DNA from: an uncultured Chthonomonas sp.
Lineage (GTDB): Bacteria > Armatimonadota > Chthonomonadetes > Chthonomonadales > CAJBBX01
DNA length: 64,000 nucleotides
Direction of reading: 5' to 3'
Assembly (NCBI GenBank): GCA_903885605.1
Contig: CAISJD010000118.1
Location: forward strand, 2,182-66,181
The notes under the pieces are model-generated. The model saw nothing but the letters and a program-made list of their open reading frames with translations, ran no database searches and was not told the DNA's origin. Position numbers and translations under genes: made by a program. Below, one piece after another: positions 18,147 through 30,047 of the stretch (position 1 is its first letter; each line of letters opens with the position of its first letter).

Positions 18147-19163
18147 ATGAAGACTTACCGAGCGCTCATCGTCGGCGCGGGCGGCATGGGCCGCGCGTGG
18201 GGCAACAACCTGAAGGCGTGCGAGCAGACCGAGGTCGCCGGCTGGGTGGATATCGAGCCGGGCCGGGCCGCCGGGGCGGCTGACGAGCTTCAGATCGCCG
18301 GGATGCACGCCGACACTGACCTTGAGCGTGCGCTCGATGCCGTGAAGCCCGACTTCGTGGTGGATGTGACGGTGCCCGAGGCCCACTGCGGCGTCACCGT
18401 CACGGCCCTGGAGCGCGGCTACCCGGTCATCGGCGAGAAGCCCATGGCCGCCTCCATGGACCAGGCGCGCGCCATGGTGGCCGCCTCCGAGAAGGCCGGC
18501 CTCCTCTACATGGTAAGCCAGAGCCGCCGCTACGACGCGCGCATCCATGCCTACAAGGCCCTGATCGACCGCTTCACCGGGCCGCTGGGCATCCTGAACT
18601 CGGACTTCTACATCGGCGCCCACTTCGGCGGCTTCCGCGACGAGATGCCGAGCCCGCTCATCCTCGATATGGCCATCCACACCTTCGACGCGGCCCGCTA
18701 CCTCTGCGGCGCCGACCCGGTGGCCGTCTACTGCGATGAGTTCAACCCGCCCTGGAGCTGGTACAAGGGTGATGTCTGCGCCACCGCCATCTTCGAGATG
18801 ACCGGCGGCCTTCGCTACACCTACCGCGGCTCCTGGTGTGCCGAGGGCAAGCCTACGAGCTGGGAGGCCGACTGGCGCGCCGTGGGCCCCGGCGGCACCG
18901 CCCTATGGGACGGCCACGGAGCGCCGGTGGGCGACCGCGTGGCGAAGCAGGGCGGCTTCCACGCCGAGGTGGAGCCGGAGACCATCGACGTGGCCGAGGG
19001 TGTGCCGGGCGGCATCGCCGGGTCGCTGCGCGAGTTCCTGGTCGCGCTGGAGACCGGCGCCACGCCCATGGGCGAGTGCCACGACAACATCAAGAGCCTG
19101 GCCATGGTCTTCGCGGCCATGGAGAGCTCGCGGAGCGGCCGCCGCGTGGCCGTGGAGGTCTGA
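18147..19163 (+). CDS. Gfo/Idh/MocA-family NAD(P)-dependent oxidoreductase
   Basis: Inner ATG 18147 with GAGGAG upstream. Rossmann motif LIVGAGGMGRAW and the family motif GEKPMA. Confidence 0.8.
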   Translation: MKTYRALIVGAGGMGRAWGNNLKACEQTEVAGWVDIEPGRAAGAADELQIAGMHADTDLERALDAVKPDFVVDVTVPEAHCGVTVTALERGYPVIGEKPMAASMDQARAMVAASEKAGLLYMVSQSRRYDARIHAYKALIDRFTGPLGILNSDFYIGAHFGGFRDEMPSPLILDMAIHTFDAARYLCGADPVAVYCDEFNPPWSWYKGDVCATAIFEMTGGLRYTYRGSWCAEGKPTSWEADWRAVGPGGTALWDGHGAPVGDRVAKQGGFHAEVEPETIDVAEGVPGGIAGSLREFLVALETGATPMGECHDNIKSLAMVFAAMESSRSGRRVAVEV

Positions 19164-19174
19164 GGCGTAGCCCG

Positions 19175-19933
19175 GTGAGCGAAGCGGGAGGGATCGCCCC
19201 GGCAGGCTCGGTGGCGCTGGTAACCGGGGCAGGCCGGAACCTGGGGCGCGCCGTGGCGCTGGCGCTGGGCGCATCTGGAACGGCCGTGGCGGCGCACTAC
19301 CACGCGTCGGCCGACGGAGCCGCAGAAGTCGTCGAGGCCATTCGCGCCGCCGGCGGCGAGGCATGGAGCCTTCGCGCCGACCTGTCCGACACCGACCAGG
19401 CGCAGGGGCTGGTGGACCGGGCCGCGGAGGCCTGCGGGCGGCCGGTCAGCATCTTGGTGAACTCGGCCTCGGCCTACGAACCCAGCCGTGTGCTGGAGTT
19501 CGAACCCGAGGAGTTGGCGGCCAACGTGCGGCTGAACGCCATGGCGCCGCTGCTGCTCTGCCGGGCGCTGGCCGCGCAGGGCCGACCGGGATGCATCATC
19601 AACCTGCTCGATGCGCGCATGGGCGACTACGACCGCGAGCACGCCGCCTACCACCTGAGCAAGCGGTTGCTCTACGACCTGACGCGGATGCTGGCCCTGG
19701 AGCTGGCGCCGGGCATCCGCGTGAACGGAGTGGCGCCGGGCCTCATCGCGCCGCAGGACGGAACGGGCCGGGAAGCCGCGCAGGCGCTGGCGCACACCAA
19801 CCCGCTGCGGCGCACGGGCTCGCCCGAGGAGGTCGCCGAGGCCACGCTCTTCCTCATCCGGAGCGGCTTCATCACCGGACAGACGATCTATGTGGACGGC
19901 GGCCGCAATCTGCGCGGCTCGGTCTATGGCTGA
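19175..19933 (+). CDS. Short-chain dehydrogenase/reductase, possibly a FolM/pteridine-reductase-like enzyme
   Basis: GTG 19175 is in frame within ORF 18836..19933. Motifs ALVTGAGRNLG, NSAS and YHLSK (YxxxK). It lies immediately upstream of folE. Confidence 0.7.
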   Translation: MSEAGGIAPAGSVALVTGAGRNLGRAVALALGASGTAVAAHYHASADGAAEVVEAIRAAGGEAWSLRADLSDTDQAQGLVDRAAEACGRPVSILVNSASAYEPSRVLEFEPEELAANVRLNAMAPLLLCRALAAQGRPGCIINLLDARMGDYDREHAAYHLSKRLLYDLTRMLALELAPGIRVNGVAPGLIAPQDGTGREAAQALAHTNPLRRTGSPEEVAEATLFLIRSGFITGQTIYVDGGRNLRGSVYG

Positions 19934-19957
19934 GCGGCGAACCGAGGGAGTGCAAGC

Positions 19958-20527
19958 GTGAACCTGGAGCGCGTTGAGGCATTGGTGCGAGAGCTGATCA
20001 GGGAGATCGGCGAGGACCCTGACCGCGAGGGGCTGCGGAAGACCCCCGCCCGCGTGGCCCGGGCCTACGAGTACCTTTGCAGCGGATACCACGCCGAGCC
20101 CCGCGAGGTGATCAACGAGGCGCTCTTCGAGACCGCCGCCAACAACATGGTGATCGCCCGGGACATCGAGGTCTACAGCCTCTGCGAGCATCACATGCTC
20201 CCCTTCTACGGTCGCTGCCACATCGGCTACATCTCCAACGACAAGGTGCTGGGCGTCAGCAAGCTGGCGCGGCTGGTCGAGGTCCACGCGCGGCGGCTGC
20301 AGATCCAGGAGCGGCTGACGCACGATATCGCCAGCGAGATTCGCGAGGCGACCAACGCGGCGGGCGTGGGCGTGGTCATCGAGTGCCGCCACATGTGCAT
20401 GATGATGCGCGGCGTCGAGAAGCAGAGCTGCGTCATGCAGACCTCGTCGGTGCTGGGCTGCTTCCACCACGACCCGGCCACGCGCGCCGAGTTCTTCAGC
20501 ATCATAGGCCGCCGGGCCGACTGGTAG
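19958..20527 (+). CDS. folE: GTP cyclohydrolase I
   Basis: Motifs [31 protein letters not shown] and [12 protein letters not shown]. Confidence 0.93.
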   Translation: MNLERVEALVRELIREIGEDPDREGLRKTPARVARAYEYLCSGYHAEPREVINEALFETAANNMVIARDIEVYSLCEHHMLPFYGRCHIGYISNDKVLGVSKLARLVEVHARRLQIQERLTHDIASEIREATNAAGVGVVIECRHMCMMMRGVEKQSCVMQTSSVLGCFHHDPATRAEFFSIIGRRADW

Positions 20528-20545
20528 CCGGCCCGGCTCGGCCCC

Positions 20546-23500
20546 TTATCTACACAGGTCGGCCTCGGGCACGCGGACCTCGATCCGGGCCACGGCTCCG
20601 TTGCGGTGCAGGATGTCGGCCGTCCGACAGGCGTCCAGCTCCGTGCCGGGCACACGCTCCACGCCACCGTCGGCCCTCACCAGCGCCACGGCGCCCTCCC
20701 GCGCCACGGTGTAGACCACCAGCGTCCCGCAGCAGGTAAAGCCGAGGCTCCCGGCCGGCAGGTCGAAGGCCGCCTCGCCGCCCGTCACGGTGACGTAGTC
20801 GAACCGCGCGGGCTCGCGCAGGAACTCGTCGCGACGGAGCAGCTTCGGCTTGAACGCGAGCCTGCCGCCGCGGAGGCGCAGGCCCAGTTCGCCGCGCCGG
20901 GTGAGCAGCTCCTCCTTCACCTGCCCCGTCATGCCCGGCTGCTGCGCGCCGAGGTGGGCGGGAGTGTGGGAGTAAGGGTCCGTGGGGAAGGCGCCGTACT
21001 CGGCAGGCGACTTGCGGAAGCCCAGGCCGTCGCGAGTGCGGTGGTACCGATCCGCAAGGGCAGCCACGACCTCGGCGGGCTCGCCGGCGTCGGCGGCGCG
21101 GTGGGCGCACTCCTGCACGGCCAGCAGCAGCTTCGCCACCATGTGCCAGTAGATGCTGCCCAGCCCCTCGAACATGAAGAAGGTGCCGCTGCGGCCGGTG
21201 AACTCGCTGTGGCGGAAGGCCTCCTCCCAGAACGCAAGGATGGCGGCTCCGTCGCGTTCCACGTCGGCGGCCAGCTCAGGGCGCTTCTGCAGCTCGGCCA
21301 GCACGCCCTCCAGGTCGGCGGCGTTGCGCAGGTCGGCGCTGAAGCGGAGCACGCCGTCGGCATCCCGCACGGCCAGCTCGGGCAGCACCCCCTGCTCCGC
21401 TCGGACCAGTAGCGGCGCCTTCTCGGCGGCGTCTGCCGGCAAGAGCCCCCGGTCCAGGTAGCGGTCCAGTTCCCGGTCGGGGTAGAGGATGTAGCTCCGC
21501 TGGTCGGGGCGGTAGAGCCCGGCGCCCTCCAGCCCGTCGAGGATGCGCAGCGCCTCCTCACTGCTCAGGAGGCCGCTGCTCAGTGCGGCGACCTGTCCCT
21601 CCAGCATGGGCGCGAGGTTGCCCACGGCGGATCCCTCCGCGGTCAGCTTGAGGATGTTGTAGCCATGGATCATCCCGTCGGGCCGCAGGTTCGCACGGAT
21701 GGTCGCCTCGACCACGGCCAGCGCCGCGTCGACAAGGCGTAGCGCCTCGGCGACGGGCAGCGGCTCGTCGGCGCCGGGCCCCGACGTGGTGAGCGCATCG
21801 CGGAAGCGCTGGCCGGCCAGGCCCAGGGCGCGCATGGCCGCCAGCCGATCCGCGTCAGACCCGCAGGTGGAGCAGCAGGGCGCTTGCAGGGCGTCGGCCA
21901 GCTCGCGCACCCAGCGGGCCATGGAGGCCGACACAGGCAGCGGCTCGGCGCCGGCTTCGGCCAGGAGGCCGCGCAGGAAGACGAGGTAGGCCCGCAGATA
22001 ACAGGTGGTGACCACGGAGAGGCCCCAGCCGGCCAGCGCGTTGTTGGCGTCGTTCCACTCGGGCCGCTGGGTGTTGAGCCAGACGCCGCCGCCGGGGACG
22101 AGGCTGCTCAGCTTGGCAAGCAGCGGGGCCAGCAGCTTCTCAGCCGACGATGCGAGGCGCACCTCGCCGTCGGAGCCGCGCAGCAGCTTCCCGTCGCCAC
22201 CCTCCTCAGCGGCCCGGCGGAGTAGCTCACGGTGGCGCTCCTGGTTGAACCGGATGGTGTGGCGCGGGTCGCGCAGCATCTCCTCAAAGCCCACCAGTTC
22301 GTAGGGCACATCGGCCGATGAGAAGCGGGGTCGGCGGAGGTTGTCTCCCGCGGCCCAGCCGGGCGAGGCGGCGTCGAGGGCCTGCAGCAACCGGAGCAGG
22401 TAGACGATCTGGTGGTCGCCCCAGTAGCCGAGGTGGCCCCAGGGGTCGCCGGGGCTGGGCGCCTCCCAGTCGACGCCGTCGCGGGTCACGCGGTAGGGGT
22501 TGTAGCCGTCGGTGGTGGAGGCGTTGAGGAAGACCGCCACCATGCGCTCCAGCGCCTGCGGGTAGGCGCAGCCCAGGGCCTCCCAGTTCTGGAAGATATC
22601 GCGCCAGTTGCCTTCGTAGCCGTAGACCGGCCGGCCCTGCTCGTCGCGGACCCGAATGTGGAACTGGTTCCAGGGGCGGCTGGGGTCGCCGTGGCGGCGG
22701 GCCATGGTGAGGGGCAGGTACTCGCCCAGGAGCCGCCGCAACTGCGGGTCATCGCAACCCTCGGCCAGCGCCTCGACATCCGCGGCGAGGAGTTCCTGAG
22801 GCAGCGCCTCCAGGGCCGCGGCGTGGCGTTGGGCGGCCCGCTTCGACCGCGATCGCACGAACGCGCGCAGGTCGTCTGCCGGGATGGCCGCGCCGGGCTC
22901 GAAGACGCCGCCCCGCATGCTGTTGAACAGCGCGTTGGCGAAGTGGTGGGCGTCCAGCGCGTCGTCCGCCGTGCACTGCAGCCCATCGGCGCCGCCCACG
23001 AGGGTGCGGAGCCGGAGCCGGGATGCCGCCAGGTCGGCCTCCACCTCGGCGGCCATGCGCTCCGGGTCGCCGAGGAGGCCGCGAAGGCCCACCACGGCGG
23101 CGGGGTCCATCTGCGTGTCGATGCCGTGCAGCCACGTGCGTTCGGCTCCCGGCTCCAGCGTGAGCGCTTCGCAGGCCAGGAAGGCGCCGACCTCACCGCG
23201 GACCTCGGCCTCGGCGACCGGCCGGCCACCTAGCCGGAATGCCTCGACCTGGCGTCCCGAAAGGAGCAGCGCCGCCGCGCCATGACCCAGCGCCCAGGCG
23301 CCGGTGCATCGGAGCGACTCGGCGGGCTCGGGCTTGTCGGCCAGGGCCGCGTTCAGCGTGTAGACCGCCTGCAGCGCGCCGGGGCCGCAGGGCAGCGCCT
23401 CGTGGCGCATGTAGCCCGCCGCAAGGTAGCTGTAGCGCGACCAGAGCTCCTGCGTGACGCCCGGCGCGATGACGCGGTTCCAGCCGTCGAGAAGCCGCAA

Positions 23501-23989
23501 CCGCACCGTCGATGCGCCTCTGTTCCGCAAGCGGCATCGGCGAACGAGCCCGAACCGCGCGCCCGTGGCCAGCTCCCAGGTGAACTCCAGGCCCAGCGCC
23601 TCGTGCGTCTCTTCGAAGGCCACTGAGCATCCGGTCAGGTGCTTGGCCAGCGAGCGCCGCACGCCCTCCGGCGCCCTGCCCGCCGCCCAGGGCTCCCAGA
23701 GCCGCTCACCCGACGGCGTCTCCACGCGCATGAGGGTGAGGCTGCCGCTGGAGCGCGGGTTGTCGAGGATCTTGTCCACGGTCTGGTACGGGAAGGCAGC
23801 GTGGTCGGGCTCCGAGCGCCCGGACGTGAAGGGGCCGTTGCTTCCGGCGAAGAGCCACATGTCGCCCGCCCCCACGATGTTCATGAAGAAGGGCGGCATG
23901 CGGTCGATGTCGGTGATGCGCAGGTGCGGCTCTCCGCCGATGTCGGCGCGCTCCAGCCGGGGCGGGCGGGTACTGGATGCTGGTGCCAT
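20546..23989 (-). CDS. Large (1147 aa) cytoplasmic protein of unknown function, possibly (alpha/alpha)6-barrel glycoside hydrolase/phosphorylase-like
   Basis: Clean ORF with AGGAGG upstream of ATG 23989 and no signal peptide. Conserved-looking blocks are NWRDIFQNWEAL, DGYNPYRV, GYWGDHQIVYLLRLL and RPEWNDANNALAGWG. The functional call is a guess. Confidence 0.6.
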   Translation of the reverse strand: MAPASSTRPPRLERADIGGEPHLRITDIDRMPPFFMNIVGAGDMWLFAGSNGPFTSGRSEPDHAAFPYQTVDKILDNPRSSGSLTLMRVETPSGERLWEPWAAGRAPEGVRRSLAKHLTGCSVAFEETHEALGLEFTWELATGARFGLVRRCRLRNRGASTVRLRLLDGWNRVIAPGVTQELWSRYSYLAAGYMRHEALPCGPGALQAVYTLNAALADKPEPAESLRCTGAWALGHGAAALLLSGRQVEAFRLGGRPVAEAEVRGEVGAFLACEALTLEPGAERTWLHGIDTQMDPAAVVGLRGLLGDPERMAAEVEADLAASRLRLRTLVGGADGLQCTADDALDAHHFANALFNSMRGGVFEPGAAIPADDLRAFVRSRSKRAAQRHAAALEALPQELLAADVEALAEGCDDPQLRRLLGEYLPLTMARRHGDPSRPWNQFHIRVRDEQGRPVYGYEGNWRDIFQNWEALGCAYPQALERMVAVFLNASTTDGYNPYRVTRDGVDWEAPSPGDPWGHLGYWGDHQIVYLLRLLQALDAASPGWAAGDNLRRPRFSSADVPYELVGFEEMLRDPRHTIRFNQERHRELLRRAAEEGGDGKLLRGSDGEVRLASSAEKLLAPLLAKLSSLVPGGGVWLNTQRPEWNDANNALAGWGLSVVTTCYLRAYLVFLRGLLAEAGAEPLPVSASMARWVRELADALQAPCCSTCGSDADRLAAMRALGLAGQRFRDALTTSGPGADEPLPVAEALRLVDAALAVVEATIRANLRPDGMIHGYNILKLTAEGSAVGNLAPMLEGQVAALSSGLLSSEEALRILDGLEGAGLYRPDQRSYILYPDRELDRYLDRGLLPADAAEKAPLLVRAEQGVLPELAVRDADGVLRFSADLRNAADLEGVLAELQKRPELAADVERDGAAILAFWEEAFRHSEFTGRSGTFFMFEGLGSIYWHMVAKLLLAVQECAHRAADAGEPAEVVAALADRYHRTRDGLGFRKSPAEYGAFPTDPYSHTPAHLGAQQPGMTGQVKEELLTRRGELGLRLRGGRLAFKPKLLRRDEFLREPARFDYVTVTGGEAAFDLPAGSLGFTCCGTLVVYTVAREGAVALVRADGGVERVPGTELDACRTADILHRNGAVARIEVRVPEADLCR

Positions 23990-24010
23990 GGGCGCTTCCT
24001 CCTGGGTGGG

Positions 24011-25261
24011 CTACTTGGCTACGGGCAGCACGCGGATGGGGCCGAACGCGGGCACGGCCATGTCCCTGCTGTCCGTGATGTTGGCATAGGGGTCAAGCCC
24101 GGCGCCGTAGTAGAGCGACACGGGCTTCTCGATGGCCTTGGTGCACCAGAGGATGGCGGTCGACGGCTCCCTCGGGTCGAACTCCACCTTGAAGACCATG
24201 GGGCCATCCTTGAGCGGCTCGTCGGACCGCAGCGAGAAGCCGGAGGCCCGCCCCGGCGCCTGCAGGCGGCCGTTGACGCCGGTGAACCGGACCTTCATGC
24301 GGTGGTGTAGCGGGTTCGGGTCCGGCACGACCTCGTGCGAGGCGTAGTCGATGGCCGTGGCGCGGCCGTGCAGGCCGTAGACCTTGTCCAGCGCAACCTC
24401 GGCCATGCGCACACCCAGGCGTTTGTGGCCGGCCGTGCCGATGTGGATCAGGTCGTCGGTCGGCAGGTCGATGGCGGGCACGACGAAGAGGTGGGGCCGC
24501 TTGGCGGCGACGGTGCGTTGCTGGTCGCGGATCGACTCCCAGGCGAGGCCGTAGGCGGGGTCGGTGTCGAGGCAGTAGCGGGCGATCTGCACGGTGATGA
24601 TAGGCAGGTCCGCGATGCCCGTATCGCGCCGAAGGCTGTCCACGAACTCGAGCCAGGTGGCCGTGAAGGGCGCCTGCAGGCCGGCCATGGTCTCGCCCTC
24701 GCCCTGGTACCAGATCAGCCCCTTCACCTTGCCGCCCACCTCGGCGATGCGCTGGAGCATGTTGCCGTAGAGCGATCCGTCGCCCTCGCCCTTGCGCCTG
24801 GGGCTCCAGTCGGCCATGGAGGTGGCCCCCAGCGCGCAGGGCGCCAGCGCCACCTTGCGGCCGGTCTGGCGCACGATGTGCCGGGCGAAGGGCATGCCGG
24901 GACCCACACCGCCGTAGGGCTGCCTGGCCTCCTGCTTGCGCGCCGCTTCGTAGCCCGGCCGACCCCAGTTCTTGATGAGCGTGTCGCGGATCGCCGGGGC
25001 GTCCGAGGCGAAGATGCGGTGGAGCGGCTCCACGGCGGGCATCCAGCGGCCATCCATGTTGTACATGATGACGCCCGGCTCCGGCCGCGGCTTGCCCGCT
25101 ATGATGCCCGCCCCGGCCATGTTGGACTGCCCGGCGCAGACCCAGATGTCGGCATCCGCCCAGCCCGGCGGCAACGGCCGCAACCTCGGCGCGGATTGCG
25201 CGGCGCAGCCCACGGCGGAGAGCAGCGTGCAGGCGGTCAGGCAGAGGGGCAACAGGTTCAT
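24011..25261 (-). CDS. Sialate O-acetylesterase-like (SASA/SGNH) carbohydrate esterase lipoprotein
   Basis: Inner ATG 25261 of ORF 24011..25636. Lipobox LLSAVGC. Motifs GQSNMAG, WYQGEGE and a C-terminal beta domain. Confidence 0.8.
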   Translation of the reverse strand: MNLLPLCLTACTLLSAVGCAAQSAPRLRPLPPGWADADIWVCAGQSNMAGAGIIAGKPRPEPGVIMYNMDGRWMPAVEPLHRIFASDAPAIRDTLIKNWGRPGYEAARKQEARQPYGGVGPGMPFARHIVRQTGRKVALAPCALGATSMADWSPRRKGEGDGSLYGNMLQRIAEVGGKVKGLIWYQGEGETMAGLQAPFTATWLEFVDSLRRDTGIADLPIITVQIARYCLDTDPAYGLAWESIRDQQRTVAAKRPHLFVVPAIDLPTDDLIHIGTAGHKRLGVRMAEVALDKVYGLHGRATAIDYASHEVVPDPNPLHHRMKVRFTGVNGRLQAPGRASGFSLRSDEPLKDGPMVFKVEFDPREPSTAILWCTKAIEKPVSLYYGAGLDPYANITDSRDMAVPAFGPIRVLPVAK

Positions 25262-25284
25262 CGTCTCGTCTCCGGTGGCAGCGG

Positions 25285-26616
25285 CTAACGCTGCGGCTTG
25301 TAATGGGGGTTCGGGCCGCCGATATCGCCCGCCGCGATCCTCTGCAGCCGCTGGCGGTAACGTGCCAGGACCTGCGGCGGCGGCTCGGGCAGCGGGATGG
25401 GCGCCCCGGCGCGGGGGCGGACCGTGTCGAGCAGGGCCATGGCCTCGGCGGCGTTGGACAGGCCGAAGCCCTGGAAGTCCGGAATGCGATAGCGCGCGGG
25501 CAGGCTGTTCTGCCAGTTGCACTGGTTCTCCACGAAGCGGAGCACGTTTCCCAGCGCGGGCGCCGTGGCCTTGTCGGCGATCATGTCCGCCCAACCGTCC
25601 AGCAGGTCGCCGGGCGCCGGCGCGGGCTCGCGGCACATGCGCCCGAAGGCGTAGATGTTCAGCGCCTCGGCTGCCACGAAGGAGGCGTTGGCGACCAGGC
25701 CATCCAACCCCACCTCGCGCCCATGGTCGACGATGGCGCGGATGTAGCGCGTCTCAGCCTGCGACTGGCCGCCGGTGACCACGTTGTTGGGTGTGATGAA
25801 GCCGTCGTCGCACTCGTCCACCAGGAAGTAGGGCCAGCCCAGCAGCGGCTTCACCTTGCGGCGGCGGAGGGCCTCCACGTCGACGGCTTTGGGGTAGGGC
25901 TCAGGCTCCACGCCGAAGTCCGCCAGCGCCGTCAGCGTCAGCGAGCGGTAGTAGTTGTCCATGGAGAAGACGACGCCGCAGTCGGGACCCAGCAGGCCCG
26001 GCTCGGCGGCCACGGCGCGCGACAGCTCCACCTGCTTCTGCCAGAAGGCCAGAGAGAACGGCGACGGGAACCCCGACCACTCGGCGATGGCCCAGAGGTT
26101 GAGCGCGAAGCCGGCGTGCGGTGCGTGCCTGCCGACGATCTCCTTGACGCGCTGCGAGAAGGTGATGCAGTCCTTCACGGTGCTGCGGCCCAGGGGGTCG
26201 CCGCCGGGGTCGCCGGCGAAGAACTCAAAGCCGTCAGCTCCATGCAGGGCCTTGACGGCCTGCTCGATGAAGCCGAGGCGCTCCTCGAGTTCCGGCGCAT
26301 CCAGCGCGCTGAAGGTGCCCGCGCCGCCGGCGGCCTCGGGGCCCTTCCACTGCTTCATGCCCGCGAGCAGGAGGATCCAGACCTTGAAGCCCTTGCGCTG
26401 GGCCTGGCGGATGGCGTCGGCCACCTCGGCGTGGTAGCCGGGCAGCAGGTCGGTCCGGTGCGCGAAGCCGCCCTCGCAGAACTCAAGGTAGTTGTATCCG
26501 CAGGCCTTGTAGAAGTCCAGGTAGTGGGCCTGCGCGGCCGTGGGAGGCTGCACGTAGAGGCCGACCGTGCCGAAGCGGCGCGGTGCGGTCGGTGCAGACA
26601 CACTCGGATTCTCCAT
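25285..26616 (-). CDS. Hypothetical protein (443 aa), possibly TIM-barrel glycoside-hydrolase-like
   Basis: Inner ATG 26616 with AGGGAGAG upstream. No signal peptide. First gene of an operon with the esterase and the 1147-aa protein. Confidence 0.6.
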   Translation of the reverse strand: MENPSVSAPTAPRRFGTVGLYVQPPTAAQAHYLDFYKACGYNYLEFCEGGFAHRTDLLPGYHAEVADAIRQAQRKGFKVWILLLAGMKQWKGPEAAGGAGTFSALDAPELEERLGFIEQAVKALHGADGFEFFAGDPGGDPLGRSTVKDCITFSQRVKEIVGRHAPHAGFALNLWAIAEWSGFPSPFSLAFWQKQVELSRAVAAEPGLLGPDCGVVFSMDNYYRSLTLTALADFGVEPEPYPKAVDVEALRRRKVKPLLGWPYFLVDECDDGFITPNNVVTGGQSQAETRYIRAIVDHGREVGLDGLVANASFVAAEALNIYAFGRMCREPAPAPGDLLDGWADMIADKATAPALGNVLRFVENQCNWQNSLPARYRIPDFQGFGLSNAAEAMALLDTVRPRAGAPIPLPEPPPQVLARYRQRLQRIAAGDIGGPNPHYKPQR

Positions 26617-26652
26617 GGTCTCTCCCTTCGGCGCCGGCCGCCCGGCCAGGGT

Positions 26653-26692
26653 TTCGCGACGCGGTACGAGATAGTGTATCGCGAGTCGCGAA
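26653..26692. promoter_or_regulatory. Inverted repeat (ttcgcgac-N24-gtcgcgaa), candidate operator or 5'-UTR hairpin
   Basis: Perfect 8-bp arms lie 37 nt upstream of ATG 26616, inside the 446-bp divergent intergenic region. An additional tcgcga copy sits inside the spacer. Confidence 0.3.
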
Positions 26693-27062
26693 GTGACCGG
26701 CGCAAGCCGCACGGCTCCGATCGAAGATCAGGCCTTGCCGTGGTCCGGCGGATGCAGAGAGCCGACGTGAGCGCGGCCACGGTGACCTTGCCGCTTGAGC
26801 CTCCGACCCGGCCCACCCCGTCCGGGCTCGTCCGCCCGCGCCTCCGGTCCCGATGGTCATCGAACCCACAGCAGCTTGGGGCCAACTGCGTGGATCACTG
26901 GTACTATGAGTTGCATCGTCATGGCCGCTGCAGTCCATCCGAGTTCAGTCGTTGTTAGCCGGCCATCGCACCCTGGCACCTAGCCTGGTGGACTGTATGG
27001 GGCCGTGAGTCTGAGGCCTGAACTCCCCTCCGCACCACAGGTGGCACAGGCAGGAGGCCGGA

Positions 27063-30043
<2,981 letters not shown>

Positions 30044-30047
<4 letters not shown>

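Noticed and set aside
26850-26890. A gggttcga motif on the minus strand resembling a tRNA T-loop.
   Set aside because: The flanking bases do not form a T-stem (gtggg versus accat). No acceptor or anticodon arms can be drawn, so it is not a tRNA.
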